From an uncultured bacterium (lineage in GTDB: Bacteria; Verrucomicrobiota; Verrucomicrobiia; Limisphaerales; UBA8199), in assembly GCA_963749495.1 (NCBI GenBank), contig CAVVMW010000012.1, positions 64,001 to 128,000 on the forward strand: DNA of 64,000 nt, in the 5' to 3' direction. Positions 55,195 to 64,000 of this stretch are shown one piece after another. Below the pieces are notes generated by a model. That model made no database searches. It had not been told where the DNA came from and was given only the letters and a program-made list of their open reading frames with translations. Numbering within the stretch: position 1 is the first letter of the stretch; every line of letters starts with the position of its first letter. The translations under genes and the position numbers were made by a program.

Positions 55195-56033
55195 CCGGCA
55201 AGACCCTCTATCAGCCGCACGTGGTTGTGCTCTGGCTCATCGTGCACCTGCTCCTGGGCTTTCGCAAGCTGCGCGACATCCAATTCTATAAAGAGGACCC
55301 GCTGGTGCGGCGCGTGCTGGGTCTCAAGGCGCTCCCGGACGTTTCGACCCTCAGCCGCATTCTGGCCGACTTCGATGAACCGGCGGTGGCCGCCCACCAG
55401 GGGTTGAATCGCCAGCAGGTCCTGGGACGACTGGCACAGGAGGGGCTCGCGCGCGTGACCTTGGACTTCGACGGCAGCGTCCTGTGGGCCAGCAAACACG
55501 CCGAAGGAACCGCAGTGGGCTTCAACAAGCAGAAGAAGGGCGCCCGGAGCTACTACCCCCTCTTCTGCACCGTGGCGCAGACGGCGCAAGTCCTGGACGT
55601 GTTGCACCGCTCGGGCAACGTGCACGACTCCAATGGAGCCGTAGAGTTTGTGCGCCAATGTGTGGGGCGCCTGCGCCAAGCCCTGCCCGGAGTCCAGATC
55701 GAGGTCCGGATGGATAGCGCCTTTTTCAGTGATGAGATGGTTGGGGCGCTGGAGCAACTCGACGTGGAATTCACCGTGTCGGTCCCCTTCGAGCGTTTTG
55801 TGGAGCTCAAGGCTCTGATCCAGGACCGGCGCGTGTGGTGGCCGGCCACGGTGGACGGTAAACTGCGGTATTTCCTCAAGCTCTGGAAGCCCAAGTGCTG
55901 GGAAACGCCCCGCCGGTTCATCTTCATTCGCCAGGAGAGCACCGTGCAACAGAAGGGTCCCATCCAGTTAGACATCTTCGAACCCCACCAGACGGGATTT
56001 GAATTCAAGGTGATCGTGACCAACAAGACCGGG

Positions 56034-56053
56034 CCTGCCTGCCGGCAGGCAGG
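56034..56053. repeat. Perfect 20-bp palindrome CCTGCCTGCCGGCAGGCAGG, copy 2
   Basis: Read directly; removal gives K-T-G-L-A-L-N. Confidence 0.95.
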
Positions 56054-56694
56054 CTGGCCCTGAACGTCGTCCGCTTCCATGAGGGCCGAGGGCAGCAGGA
56101 GAAGCTCTTGGGCGAACTCAAAGACCAAGCCCAGATGGATTACTTGCCGGGTCGCAAATGGGTGACCAACAAGATGTACCTGCTCTGCGCCGTGCTGGCC
56201 CACAACCTGGGCCGGGAGTTACAGAGGGACGCCCGCGCCCCGGAACGCGCCACCACCCACAAGCGCAGTGCCTTGTGGATCTTTGAGGGCTTGGAGATGA
56301 TGCGGCGCAAGTTCATCCAACGGGCGGGACGACTCACCCGGACCAATGGCCGCCTGACCCTGACGTTGACCGCCAACAAAGTGGTGGAACAGATCTTCCG
56401 CAGCTACCTCCAGGCGTAGCCACCACCCAGCTTTCTTAAGCCTACAGACCCGGCTGCAACGCTAAAGTGCGTGCCGGAGTAGCCTCCTTTCTCCTCCCCA
56501 ATTCCTTCCACTGGTCGTTCCTCGCCGTGGTTGCGCTCTGCGGGTGCCCGCTCGCCGCTCGCGCTTGCCGAGGCACAGGCCACGCGAGCCACCGCAGTCC
56601 TAAAGAATGCTCCCATTGGTCGCAAAAAGGGTCATTTTTATGCAACGTTAGGGTAAATCAGCAGCATATCAATACATTTTTGCGCGGCCTCACA

Positions 56695-56861
56695 TTGTAA
56701 GAAAGTATAGATGTGACCCCGCTGTTCTCTTTAGACCGCTGTTCTCTTTAGATGTGACCCCGCTGTTCTCTTGTAAGAAAGTATAGATGTGACCCCGCTG
56801 TCCCCCCGTGCCGCTGTCCTCCCGTGACCCCGCTGTCCTCCCGCCCGCTGTCCTCCCCGCT
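56695..56861. repeat. Degenerating tandem direct repeats ((GTGACC)CCGCTGT core)
   Basis: TTGTAAGAAAGTATAGATGTGACCCCGCTGT twice, plus several partial copies. Confidence 0.85.
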
Positions 56862-57055
56862 GGTTCCTCTACCAGAGGGCCGAAGCCTTCCGCAAGCGGT
56901 TGCTGGGACCCGAACAAAAGCACATCTTCACCTGTTTCCGACGGCCCAACGTCACCACCGACCAATAATGGCTAAGGTGTTCGAAGTTCAAAGAAGCGGA
57001 AGGAGGGCCGGCCTTTGGAAAAGACCCGCGCCGACGCAGCCGTCGGACGCCATAA

Positions 57056-57076
57056 GCGGACTGAAGTCCGCGCTCC
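57056..57076. repeat. REP-like hairpin
   Basis: GCGGACT-GA-AGTCCGC. Confidence 0.55.
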
Positions 57077-57140
57077 AATCCCCCGGGCATTCGGGGGCGG
57101 TGGGAAAAGCGAGATGCGCCCAATCGGTCATGCCTCTCAA

Positions 57141-57174
57141 CTTTAGCCTTTAGCCTTTAGCCTTTAGCCTTTAG
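57141..57174. repeat. CTTTAGC heptamer tandem repeat (~5 units)
   Basis: Read directly, just upstream of ATG 57188. Confidence 0.85.
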
Positions 57175-57187
57175 AGTCGAGGCCCTT

Positions 57188-58636
57188 ATGCGCTCGATGA
57201 CACGCCGCCAATTCCTGGAAGACTCCATGCTCGCCACCGCTTGCCTGGCGGCCGGCACGGCCCCGCTGGCCGGGCGGGCGCAAGAAAAAGCGCAGCCGGG
57301 CAGCCCCGCCAACCGCCTCCGCGTGGCCGTCATTGGGTGCCGGATTCGCGGCAGGCAGCACGTCCAGGAACTGCGGCCCATCCGCGACTGCCAAATCGTC
57401 TATGTCTGCGACCCGGACCGTGACCTGGCGGCGGAGCTCTCCGCGACCGTCCAGAAGCAGCAAGCCCAGGCACCCAAGGCCGTCCAGGATATGCGCCGCG
57501 TGTTCGATGACCCGTCGGTGGACGCGGTCTTCATTGCCGCGCCCAACCATTGGCACGCGCTGGCGGCCATCTGGGCGATGCAGGCCGGCAAGGACGTTTA
57601 CGTCGAGAAGCCCGTCAGCCACAATATCAGCGAAGGCCGCCGCATCGTGCAGGTGGCGCGCAAGACCGGGCGCCTCTGCCAGGGCGGCACCCAAAACCGC
57701 TCGAACGCGGCCCTGGCAGCGGCCCTGGAATACATCCGCCAAGGCAAGCTCGGCGAGGTGAAGCTGGCCCGGAGCATCGTCTATGGCCCGCGTGGGTCCA
57801 TCGGCGGGCCCGGCCTCTACCCTGTCCCGCCCCAGGTCGACTATGATCTCTGGGCGGGTCCGGCGCCCATGAGCCCTCTCACCCGTCCCCAATTCCATTA
57901 CGATTGGCACTGGTTCTGGGAGACCGGCAACGGCGAGCTGGGCAACAACAACATTCACTCGCTGGACATCTGCCGCTGGGGGCTGGGTCTGACCAGCCTG
58001 CCCCGGGCCGTGCTCAGCTACGGCGCGCGCCTGGGATACCTCGATGCCGGCCAGACGCCCAATACCCAGGTTGTCGTGTTCGACTATGCCGACAAGACCG
58101 TGGTCTCGGAGACGCGCGGCCTCAAAACCGCCCCCGTCCAGCCGGAGTTCAAGGACGGCTGGATTTTCGAAGGGACCCGCGGCTTCATCGCCGGCACCTC
58201 TCTCTTTGACACCGAGCGAAAACTCGTCAGCACTTTCACCGGCGCGGGCGAAAGCCACTTCGCCAATTTCCTCAAGGCCGTCCGCAGCCGCAGACGCGAA
58301 GACCTCCATGCGGACATTCTCGAAGGCCACCTCTCCACCGCCCTGTGCCACCTGGGCAATATCTCCTGGCGCCTGGGCCAGCCGGCCTCCCCGGAGGAAC
58401 TCCGCCGGGAATTGGGCAAACTCAAGGTGCATGACAACGCGCTGGAAACCCTGGACCGCACCGAGCGGCACTTGCGCGAGAACAACATCGACCTCGACAA
58501 GACCAGGCTCACCCTGGGCCTGCCCCTCCAGGTGGACCCCGACCACGAAGACCTCCTCAGCCCGCCCCAAGCCAATGCCTTGCTGACCCGCCAATACCGC
58601 AACCCCTTCGTCGTCCCCAACGCCTCCGAGATTTGA
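57188..58636 (+). CDS. Gfo/Idh/MocA-family oxidoreductase with Tat signal
   Basis: TRRQFL; VAVIG; APNHWH; YVEKP; DYDLWAGPAP. Confidence 0.95.
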   Translation: MRSMTRRQFLEDSMLATACLAAGTAPLAGRAQEKAQPGSPANRLRVAVIGCRIRGRQHVQELRPIRDCQIVYVCDPDRDLAAELSATVQKQQAQAPKAVQDMRRVFDDPSVDAVFIAAPNHWHALAAIWAMQAGKDVYVEKPVSHNISEGRRIVQVARKTGRLCQGGTQNRSNAALAAALEYIRQGKLGEVKLARSIVYGPRGSIGGPGLYPVPPQVDYDLWAGPAPMSPLTRPQFHYDWHWFWETGNGELGNNNIHSLDICRWGLGLTSLPRAVLSYGARLGYLDAGQTPNTQVVVFDYADKTVVSETRGLKTAPVQPEFKDGWIFEGTRGFIAGTSLFDTERKLVSTFTGAGESHFANFLKAVRSRRREDLHADILEGHLSTALCHLGNISWRLGQPASPEELRRELGKLKVHDNALETLDRTERHLRENNIDLDKTRLTLGLPLQVDPDHEDLLSPPQANALLTRQYRNPFVVPNASEI

Positions 58637-58659
58637 GCTTGCCGGCACCCTCCGTCACC

Positions 58660-58775
58660 GCATAGCGACGCCTGAAATGGGCCCCAGGCGTCGCTACGCG
58701 ACGCGCAACCATCCCCAGGCCTCAAACCGTGGACCGAGGTCCACGGCTACCTTCACTGCGTCGCTCCGCGACGCT
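58660..58775. repeat. REP-like palindrome cluster
   Basis: GCGTCGC-TAC/TCC-GCGACGC twice and CCGTGGACC-GA-GGTCCACGG. Confidence 0.65.
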
Positions 58776-58813
58776 GTTCAAACGGGCCGGGTTGGAATAG
58801 AGTCTGAGTTGAC

Positions 58814-59440
58814 ATGGGTTCGGACGCCGAAGCCGAATTGCTGGCGCGCTGCCGCGGCGGTGACGCCGTTGCGTGGGACGAGCTGTTCGCGAGGCACTAC
58901 GCAGCGGCCGGGCGGTTTATTTGCCAGCTCGGGCTCGAGTTCACGCGCGAGGATGTCGAGGAGATTTGCCAGGAGACCTTCCTGTCGGTCATTCGGAACC
59001 TCGGGTCATTTCGCGGCCAGAGCCAGTTGCAGACCTGGGTGTTCCGGATCGCGGCCAACAAGGCGCGCGATTTTCGCGAGCGGCAGCAGGCGGCCAAGCG
59101 CGGGGGCGGCCTGGTCACGCTCTCGTTGCAGGCGGAGGATCCGGAGACGGGCCTGGCGCTGGAGCCGGCGGACAATGGCGGGTCTCCGGACCTGAGCCTG
59201 CTCAACGCGGAAGAGGGCCAGTTGGTACACCGGGCGCTCGAGCAGCTTGGCCAGCCCTGCCGCGAACTCATCGAACTGCGCTATTTTGCCGAACTGGGCT
59301 ACGACGAGATCAGCCGCTCGCTCGGGCTCAATCCCAAGACGGTCAGTTCGCGGCTGAGCAAGTGCCTGGATCGGCTGGAAGCCATTGCCCGAAAACTCTT
59401 TCCGGGAGAGAAACCGGCCCCGTTCCCGTCTAACTTATAG
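58814..59440 (+). CDS. ECF RNA polymerase sigma factor
   Basis: EEICQETFL, TWVFRIAANKARD, region 4 KTVSSRLS. Confidence 0.92.
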   Translation: MGSDAEAELLARCRGGDAVAWDELFARHYAAAGRFICQLGLEFTREDVEEICQETFLSVIRNLGSFRGQSQLQTWVFRIAANKARDFRERQQAAKRGGGLVTLSLQAEDPETGLALEPADNGGSPDLSLLNAEEGQLVHRALEQLGQPCRELIELRYFAELGYDEISRSLGLNPKTVSSRLSKCLDRLEAIARKLFPGEKPAPFPSNL

Positions 59441-59451
59441 CTGACAATCCA

Positions 59452-60900
59452 ATGGAAGAGGAACGTCCAATCGAAAAACTGCTGCGAGCCTACGCCAGGA
59501 GACGGCGCGAGGAGGCAGGCGCCCCGCCGGAGCTGGAGTTGCGCCCGGCCGCCCGGCGCCGGCTCCAGCTCGAGGTGGCGCGCCGCTACGGTGAACGCGA
59601 GCGCGCGGCGATGCCCCTATGGCGGCGCCTGGCGGCGCTCTGGCCGCGCCTGGCGTGGGGCCTGGGTGTCTTGACGCTGCTGGGCCTGGCGGCAGCGCTG
59701 CTCGTGCCGGGACCCAATCGCACCCCAGGCGCAGGCAGCCCGATGCGATTGGCCCGGAACAGCCCGGCAGCCGCCCCGGCGCCCGCGCCGCTCCCGGTGG
59801 CAGAGACGGACCGCGCAGCCCTGCCGCTCCCTGCCAGGACTGCTCTTGCTTCGGCGCCGGTTGCGGCTCAAGGCAGGGGTAGCGCCGGCCCGGCGGTTGA
59901 ATCCGCGGCAGCGCGAAAGCCGGGAGTGTCTCCGGCAGTCGCGGATCAGGTCCGGGCGCCATCGCAAGAAGTGGAGCAGCGCGCGCTGGCGCTGGCGGAC
60001 GCTCCCGCGCCGGCTTCCGCGTCGGCCGCGCGCCAGAGCTCGGCGCGGCGCATGGGCGGCCCGGCGGGCCGGGTCGTTTCGAGCCTGGCCGATGGCGTGC
60101 CGCAGCTTGCCACCGCCCCTGCCGCCACCAAACCCCAGGCCGAAGGGAGTTTGGGCGGGATGGCCGCCGCAGGGCCCGTTCCGTCCGGCGAAGCGGCGGC
60201 ATCGGAAACGAGCGCCCCCGTGAACGTCCAGTTCGCAGCCCGTTCTCGGGCACTAGCGGGTTCGACGGCCCAGCCGGTTGCCTACGCCAGGAAGGGGCCT
60301 TCGGCAACGCCCGGTCTTGCAGGGAGGGAAAAGGACGGCGTCGTGGTCCTGCACTTCACGCAACTCGCCCCAAGGACCAACCAGTTCAGCGTCCAGGCCG
60401 ATCTGTCCGACAAGGCCGTGTGGGCCGCCCCCGTGCTGGCCGCGTTTCAACTCGAACAATCGGGGGCGAGGTTGTTGGTGACCGACGGCGATGGCTCCGT
60501 CTATACGGGTTACGTGCAGCCGGCAGGCCCGGTCAACGGCCTGGATTCGCTGACGCCGACGCCGGCGCTGCAGCCGGTCCGGCCCGAGCCGGAGATGGAC
60601 TTCCGACAGAACCGTGAGTTGAGGGCTGCGACCGCGCCGGCCATCACGCCGTCGGCAACGCAATACTATTACTCGCAATACTATTACTTCGTGCGCTTCG
60701 GCCAGAACCAGGGCCAGAATTACTCCTTCCGGGTGGCCGGCACTAACCGCAGTCTCCAGCAGAAGGTGGTCTTCAGCGGCACTTTGATGAACCTCACCAA
60801 TGCTCCCCAAGCGCGGGGCGCGCGGATTTGGGGCAAAGCACTTGTGGGAACCGGGCAGGAGATCCAGGTTGACGCCGTGTCCCGGAAAGGGACGGATTGA
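59452..60900 (+). CDS. Membrane protein, probable anti-sigma
   Basis: Follows ECF; single TM; Ala/Pro-rich linker. Confidence 0.65.
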   Translation: MEEERPIEKLLRAYARRRREEAGAPPELELRPAARRRLQLEVARRYGERERAAMPLWRRLAALWPRLAWGLGVLTLLGLAAALLVPGPNRTPGAGSPMRLARNSPAAAPAPAPLPVAETDRAALPLPARTALASAPVAAQGRGSAGPAVESAAARKPGVSPAVADQVRAPSQEVEQRALALADAPAPASASAARQSSARRMGGPAGRVVSSLADGVPQLATAPAATKPQAEGSLGGMAAAGPVPSGEAAASETSAPVNVQFAARSRALAGSTAQPVAYARKGPSATPGLAGREKDGVVVLHFTQLAPRTNQFSVQADLSDKAVWAAPVLAAFQLEQSGARLLVTDGDGSVYTGYVQPAGPVNGLDSLTPTPALQPVRPEPEMDFRQNRELRAATAPAITPSATQYYYSQYYYFVRFGQNQGQNYSFRVAGTNRSLQQKVVFSGTLMNLTNAPQARGARIWGKALVGTGQEIQVDAVSRKGTD

Positions 60901-60916
60901 CGACGGATTACACGGA

Positions 60917-61028
60917 TTACTCGACCAACTGGTGGTGGATGGCGTAGTGCATGAGTTGGGCGTTGTTGCGCAGGCCCATCTCTTCGAGGATGCGCGTGCG
61001 GTAAGTGCTGATGGAAGAGAATTCTCAT
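60917..61028 (-). pseudogene. NarL/LuxR response regulator with large internal deletion
   Basis: MRIL start joined to ISTYRTRILEEMGLRNNAQLMHYAIHHQLVE*. Confidence 0.7.
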
Positions 61029-62135
61029 GGTTCGGTCCGGGCGGGTTGCGGGGTGGAGGGGAAGGGGATGGCGACGGCGACGCGGGTGCCCTTGGCACGG
61101 GGCAGCGGGCCGATCTCGAAGGTGCCGCCCAGCAAGGCCGCGCGTTCGCGATTGCCCAGCAGGCCCAGCGATTCTGCTGTCTCGGATCTCGGCGTCGGTA
61201 ATGCCCCGGCCATTGTCCTGGACTTCCAGGATGATTTGGCGGGCGGCCTGCCTGAGCCGGACCGAGACCTGGGTGGCGCGGGCATGCCGGATGATGTTGG
61301 TGAGGGTTTCCTGGAAGATGCGAAAGAAGACCGTGTTGAGTTCCTGGGGGAGGAGGGTCTGGCGGAGGTGGGCGTGGGCTTGGCACTCGATGCCTGTCCG
61401 GGTCTGGAAATCGTTGGCTTGCCATTCCAGGGCCGCGGCCAAGCCCAGATGGTCCAGGATCGGGGGACGCAGTTCGCTGGAGATGCGCCGGACGGTTTGG
61501 ATGGTGGAATCGATGTGCGCGGTCAGGGCCTTGGCCTTGTCCTGAAGCGGCTTGAGCCGGCGCGGCAGCTTGCCGGCTATCCAGGAGAGGTCCAGCTTGC
61601 AGCGGGTCAGGGCCTGGCCCAGTTCGTCGTGGACTTCACGGGCGATGCGCGTGCGCTCCTCCTCGCGCACCGTCTGCAGATACACCGAGAGGGCGCGCAA
61701 CTGCTGGTGGGACTTGCGGAGTTGTTCTTCGGCCCGGCGGCGTTCGGCCCGCTCCCCGGCCTCCCGCAACGCCCGGTTCACCGCCGGCATGAGCCTCGAG
61801 AGCCGCGTCTTGAGGACGTAGTCAGTCGCCCCGCTCTTGAGCGTCTCGATCGCCACCTCCTCCCCCAGGGTGCCCGTGACGAATATAAATGGGGTCTCGG
61901 GGCATTTCTCCAGCGCCAGGTTCAGCGCATCGCAGCCGTTGAACCCGGGCAGCGAATAATCCGAAAGAATCAACTCCGGCCGATGCTGCTCGAGATGCCG
62001 CACGTAGTCCTCCCGGGTCTCGACGCGGTCCAGGGAAAAACTCAACCCGCCCTTGCGCAGGGCAAACTGTGCCAACTCGGCGTCGGCGGCATCATCCTCG
62101 AGCATCAAAATCCGAATGTCCTTCTTCACTGGCAC
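61025..62135 (-). CDS. REC + HisKA_3 histidine kinase (frameshift near 61170)
   Basis: ILMLED, ILSDY, IAREVHDELGQ, QETLTNI, DNGRG. Confidence 0.9.
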
Positions 62136-62243
62136 ATCGGACCGACTATACTACAGGAAGAATCAAAATTCGAACGCGGGCAGAACGATTTGGCCCCTGA
62201 AGGACAAGGCAAAATCATTTTTGGCAGAATCATTTCCAGGGAG

Positions 62244-63193
62244 TCAGTGGTCGTCTCCGCGTCTCCGCGTCTCCGCGTCTCCCTGTCTCCGCGTCTCGGT
62301 ACCGCCCGCCCTGGGGAGGGAGAAATAGAGCGTGGCGCCGCGCTCGATCTGGCCTTCGGCCCAGGTGCGGCCGCCGTGGCGATGGATAATGCGGCGGACA
62401 TTGGCCAGGCCGATGCCTGTGCCCTCGAAGTCGGCGGCCCGGTGCAGGCGCTGAAAGACCCCAAAGAGCTTGTGCGCGTAGCGCATGTCGAAGCCAACGC
62501 CATTGTCGCGGACACAGACGATGTGCTCGGCGGGCTTGGATTGGCAGGAGACCTCGACGCGGGGGTGGGACCGGGGGCGGGTGTACTTGAGGGCGTTGCT
62601 CAGGAGGTTGAGCATGACCTGGTGCAGCAGGGCCGGGTCGGCGTGGACCTCCGGCAGGTCGGCCAGCACCCATTTGATATCGCGCCCGGCAGCCTCGTGG
62701 CGGAGGTCGCGGATGGCGGCTTGGACCAGGTCGGTCAGGGAGATCGTGGTTTTCCTCAATTCGGCGCGGCCGGTTCGGGAGAAGGTCAGCAGGTTGTCGA
62801 TGAGCCGGCCCATTTGCCTGGCCGAGCCGGCGATGGTTTGGAGATGGGACCTGGACTCCTCATCGAGAGCGGGGGCCTTGGTGTCCAGCAGAATCTCCAC
62901 GAAGCCTTCGATGTGGCGCAACGGGGCGCGCAGGTCATGAGAGACTGAGTAGCTGAAGGCCTCCAATTCCTTGTTGGCGGCCTCCAGTTCAGCCGTGCGC
63001 TGGGCCACGCGCGCCTCCAGTTCGGCGCTCAGACGGCGATAGCGCTCCTCGCTGGACTGGAGTTGGCGCACATAGTCTGGCTCGGTTTCCACCCGTTTCA
63101 TCACCACGTCGAACCCCCCTCCTTGAGCGTGCGCTCGACCAGGGAGGCATCGCCGGCCTCGGCTTCGACCATCAAGATGCGCAGCTTTTTCAT
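62244..63193 (-). CDS. Histidine kinase (HisKA-HATPase) with truncated N-terminal REC; frameshift in G run ~63120
   Basis: MKKLRILMVE; FSYSVSHDLRAPL; NLLSNALK; DNGVGF; GTGIGL. Confidence 0.85.
62253..62296. repeat. GTCTCCGC octamer tandem repeat
   Basis: Read directly. Confidence 0.75.
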
Positions 63194-63287
63194 AATAAGC
63201 CTGTCGAGACTGTGTTAGCGTTCGCCTTTTATTGCACAGCCCGCCCTCTCGCCCCAATGGGGTGAAGACCCAATTGCGGCCGGCCGC

Positions 63288-63458
63288 TCAGCCCCGTGTC
63301 GTCGCCGCCGTGGGCGGGGCAGGGCGGGGGAGCGAGAACAAGCTCAACCCGCGGCTTTGTCTTCCTCGATGATCCTTGGCCATCAGGCTGGACATTGCGG
63401 CAAGGTCGCGCGCATTGATCGCCGCGATGAAGGCCCGCACGACATCAATTTCGCCCAT
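63288..63458 (-). pseudogene. SnoaL/NTF2-like fragment
   Basis: MGEIDVVRAFIAAINARDLAAMSSLMAKDH, then similarity lost. Confidence 0.55.
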
Positions 63459-63556
63459 GGCCGCAGTATGCCCAATCTTGGCTTTGGGGGCAAGGCGGGA
63501 GGCCGGTGACGAAACCCCGCAACCGGTCAGTGAAGGCAGAGCAGAGTCCCCGACGA

Positions 63557-63704
63557 ACCCCTCACCCCAACCCTCTCCCCTTCCGAAGGGGAGAGGGAGA
63601 AGCGTCGGCAGTCTCTTGAACTTCTGCGCGTCTGTGATTCCTCGAGGCCCCACGGAGATTCCTCCCTCTCCCCATCCGATGGGGAGAGGGTCGGGGTGAG
63701 GGGT
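63557..63704. repeat. Inverted REP-like doublet
   Basis: CCCCTCACCCCAACCCTCTCCCC...GGGGAGAGGG and its inverse copy. Confidence 0.75.
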
Positions 63705-63802
63705 CCGTCCGCGATGCTGCTCCGGCTGTCACTGAGGCCTGTCACGAAACCCCAAACATTTCCTTTTACTGCGCTGGAGCGCCGCACTAAAATCCGGCCC
63801 CT

Positions 63803-64000
63803 ATGAAGAACACGAATCCCGGGGTGCTCAGCCAACTGCTCTCGCCGGCGACGATCCAGTTGAATTTGAAGAGCACGGACCGCGATTCGGTGTTGGCCGA
63901 GCTGGTCAACCAGATTCCCCAACTGGCCGGCCAGCCGGCGGAGCGGCAAACGCTGCTGCGGGCCCTGCACGAGCGCGAGCAACTCTACAGCACCGGCATC
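63803..64000 (+). CDS. PTS EIIA (PtsN/fructose-type), 3' truncated by window
   Basis: IQLNLKSTDRDSVLAELV...LHEREQLYSTGI. Confidence 0.85.
   Translation, partial: MKNTNPGVLSQLLSPATIQLNLKSTDRDSVLAELVNQIPQLAGQPAERQTLLRALHEREQLYSTGI

Larger units (their letters stand above)
55012..56419 (+). pseudogene. IS1380 transposase interrupted by two 20-bp palindromic insertions
   Basis: LTSFGGL, TLDFDGS, SYYPL, RMDSAFF, RGQQE across three frames; 1408-40=1368 nt = 455 aa + stop. Confidence 0.9.
54371..56653 (+). mobile_element. IS1380-family element with DUF6788 accessory gene
   Basis: Imperfect terminal inverted repeats CCCTCAGTTGCATAAAAATG / CATTTTTATGCAACGTTAGGG; no TSD seen. Confidence 0.85.

Noticed and set aside
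56695..56861. CRISPR array
   Set aside because: Irregular units, no unique spacers, no cas genes.
532..63193. About a dozen single-base frameshifts as programmed frameshifting or phase variation
   Set aside because: No shared slippery motif. They also hit host genes and some sit in homopolymers, so sequencing error or decay is more likely. The 20-bp insertions are the exception.

Overview
GC-rich bacterial DNA. Protein styles and REP-like repeats suggest Verrucomicrobiota (inference). Positions ~1-54370 look like part of a large mobile element (ICE, plasmid or cointegrate). A dispersed type IVa-like pilus set (pilT, pilMNOP-like, pilB, secretin, two pilins, prepilin peptidase, a very large surface protein) is interleaved with its own sigma-70 and a phage/plasmid-type DNA toolkit: SbcCD, SF2 helicase, beta clamp, MoxR+vWA, 5'-3' exonuclease, an ATP-dependent ligase with two possible Ku-like partners, and a TOPRIM protein. 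Three ISs are present: IS607-TnpB, IS1634 and IS1380. The IS1380 transposase is interrupted twice by the same perfect 20-bp palindrome, and removing both copies restores the ORF. A CCCTAnAATGG promoter-like motif recurs before element genes. After ~56.7 kb the sequence is ordinary chromosomal DNA (Gfo/Idh/MocA, ECF sigma, two-component genes, PTS IIA). Many single-base frameshifts, some in host genes, suggest long-read errors or decay, so several coordinates are reconstructions. No rRNA, tRNA or CRISPR was seen.
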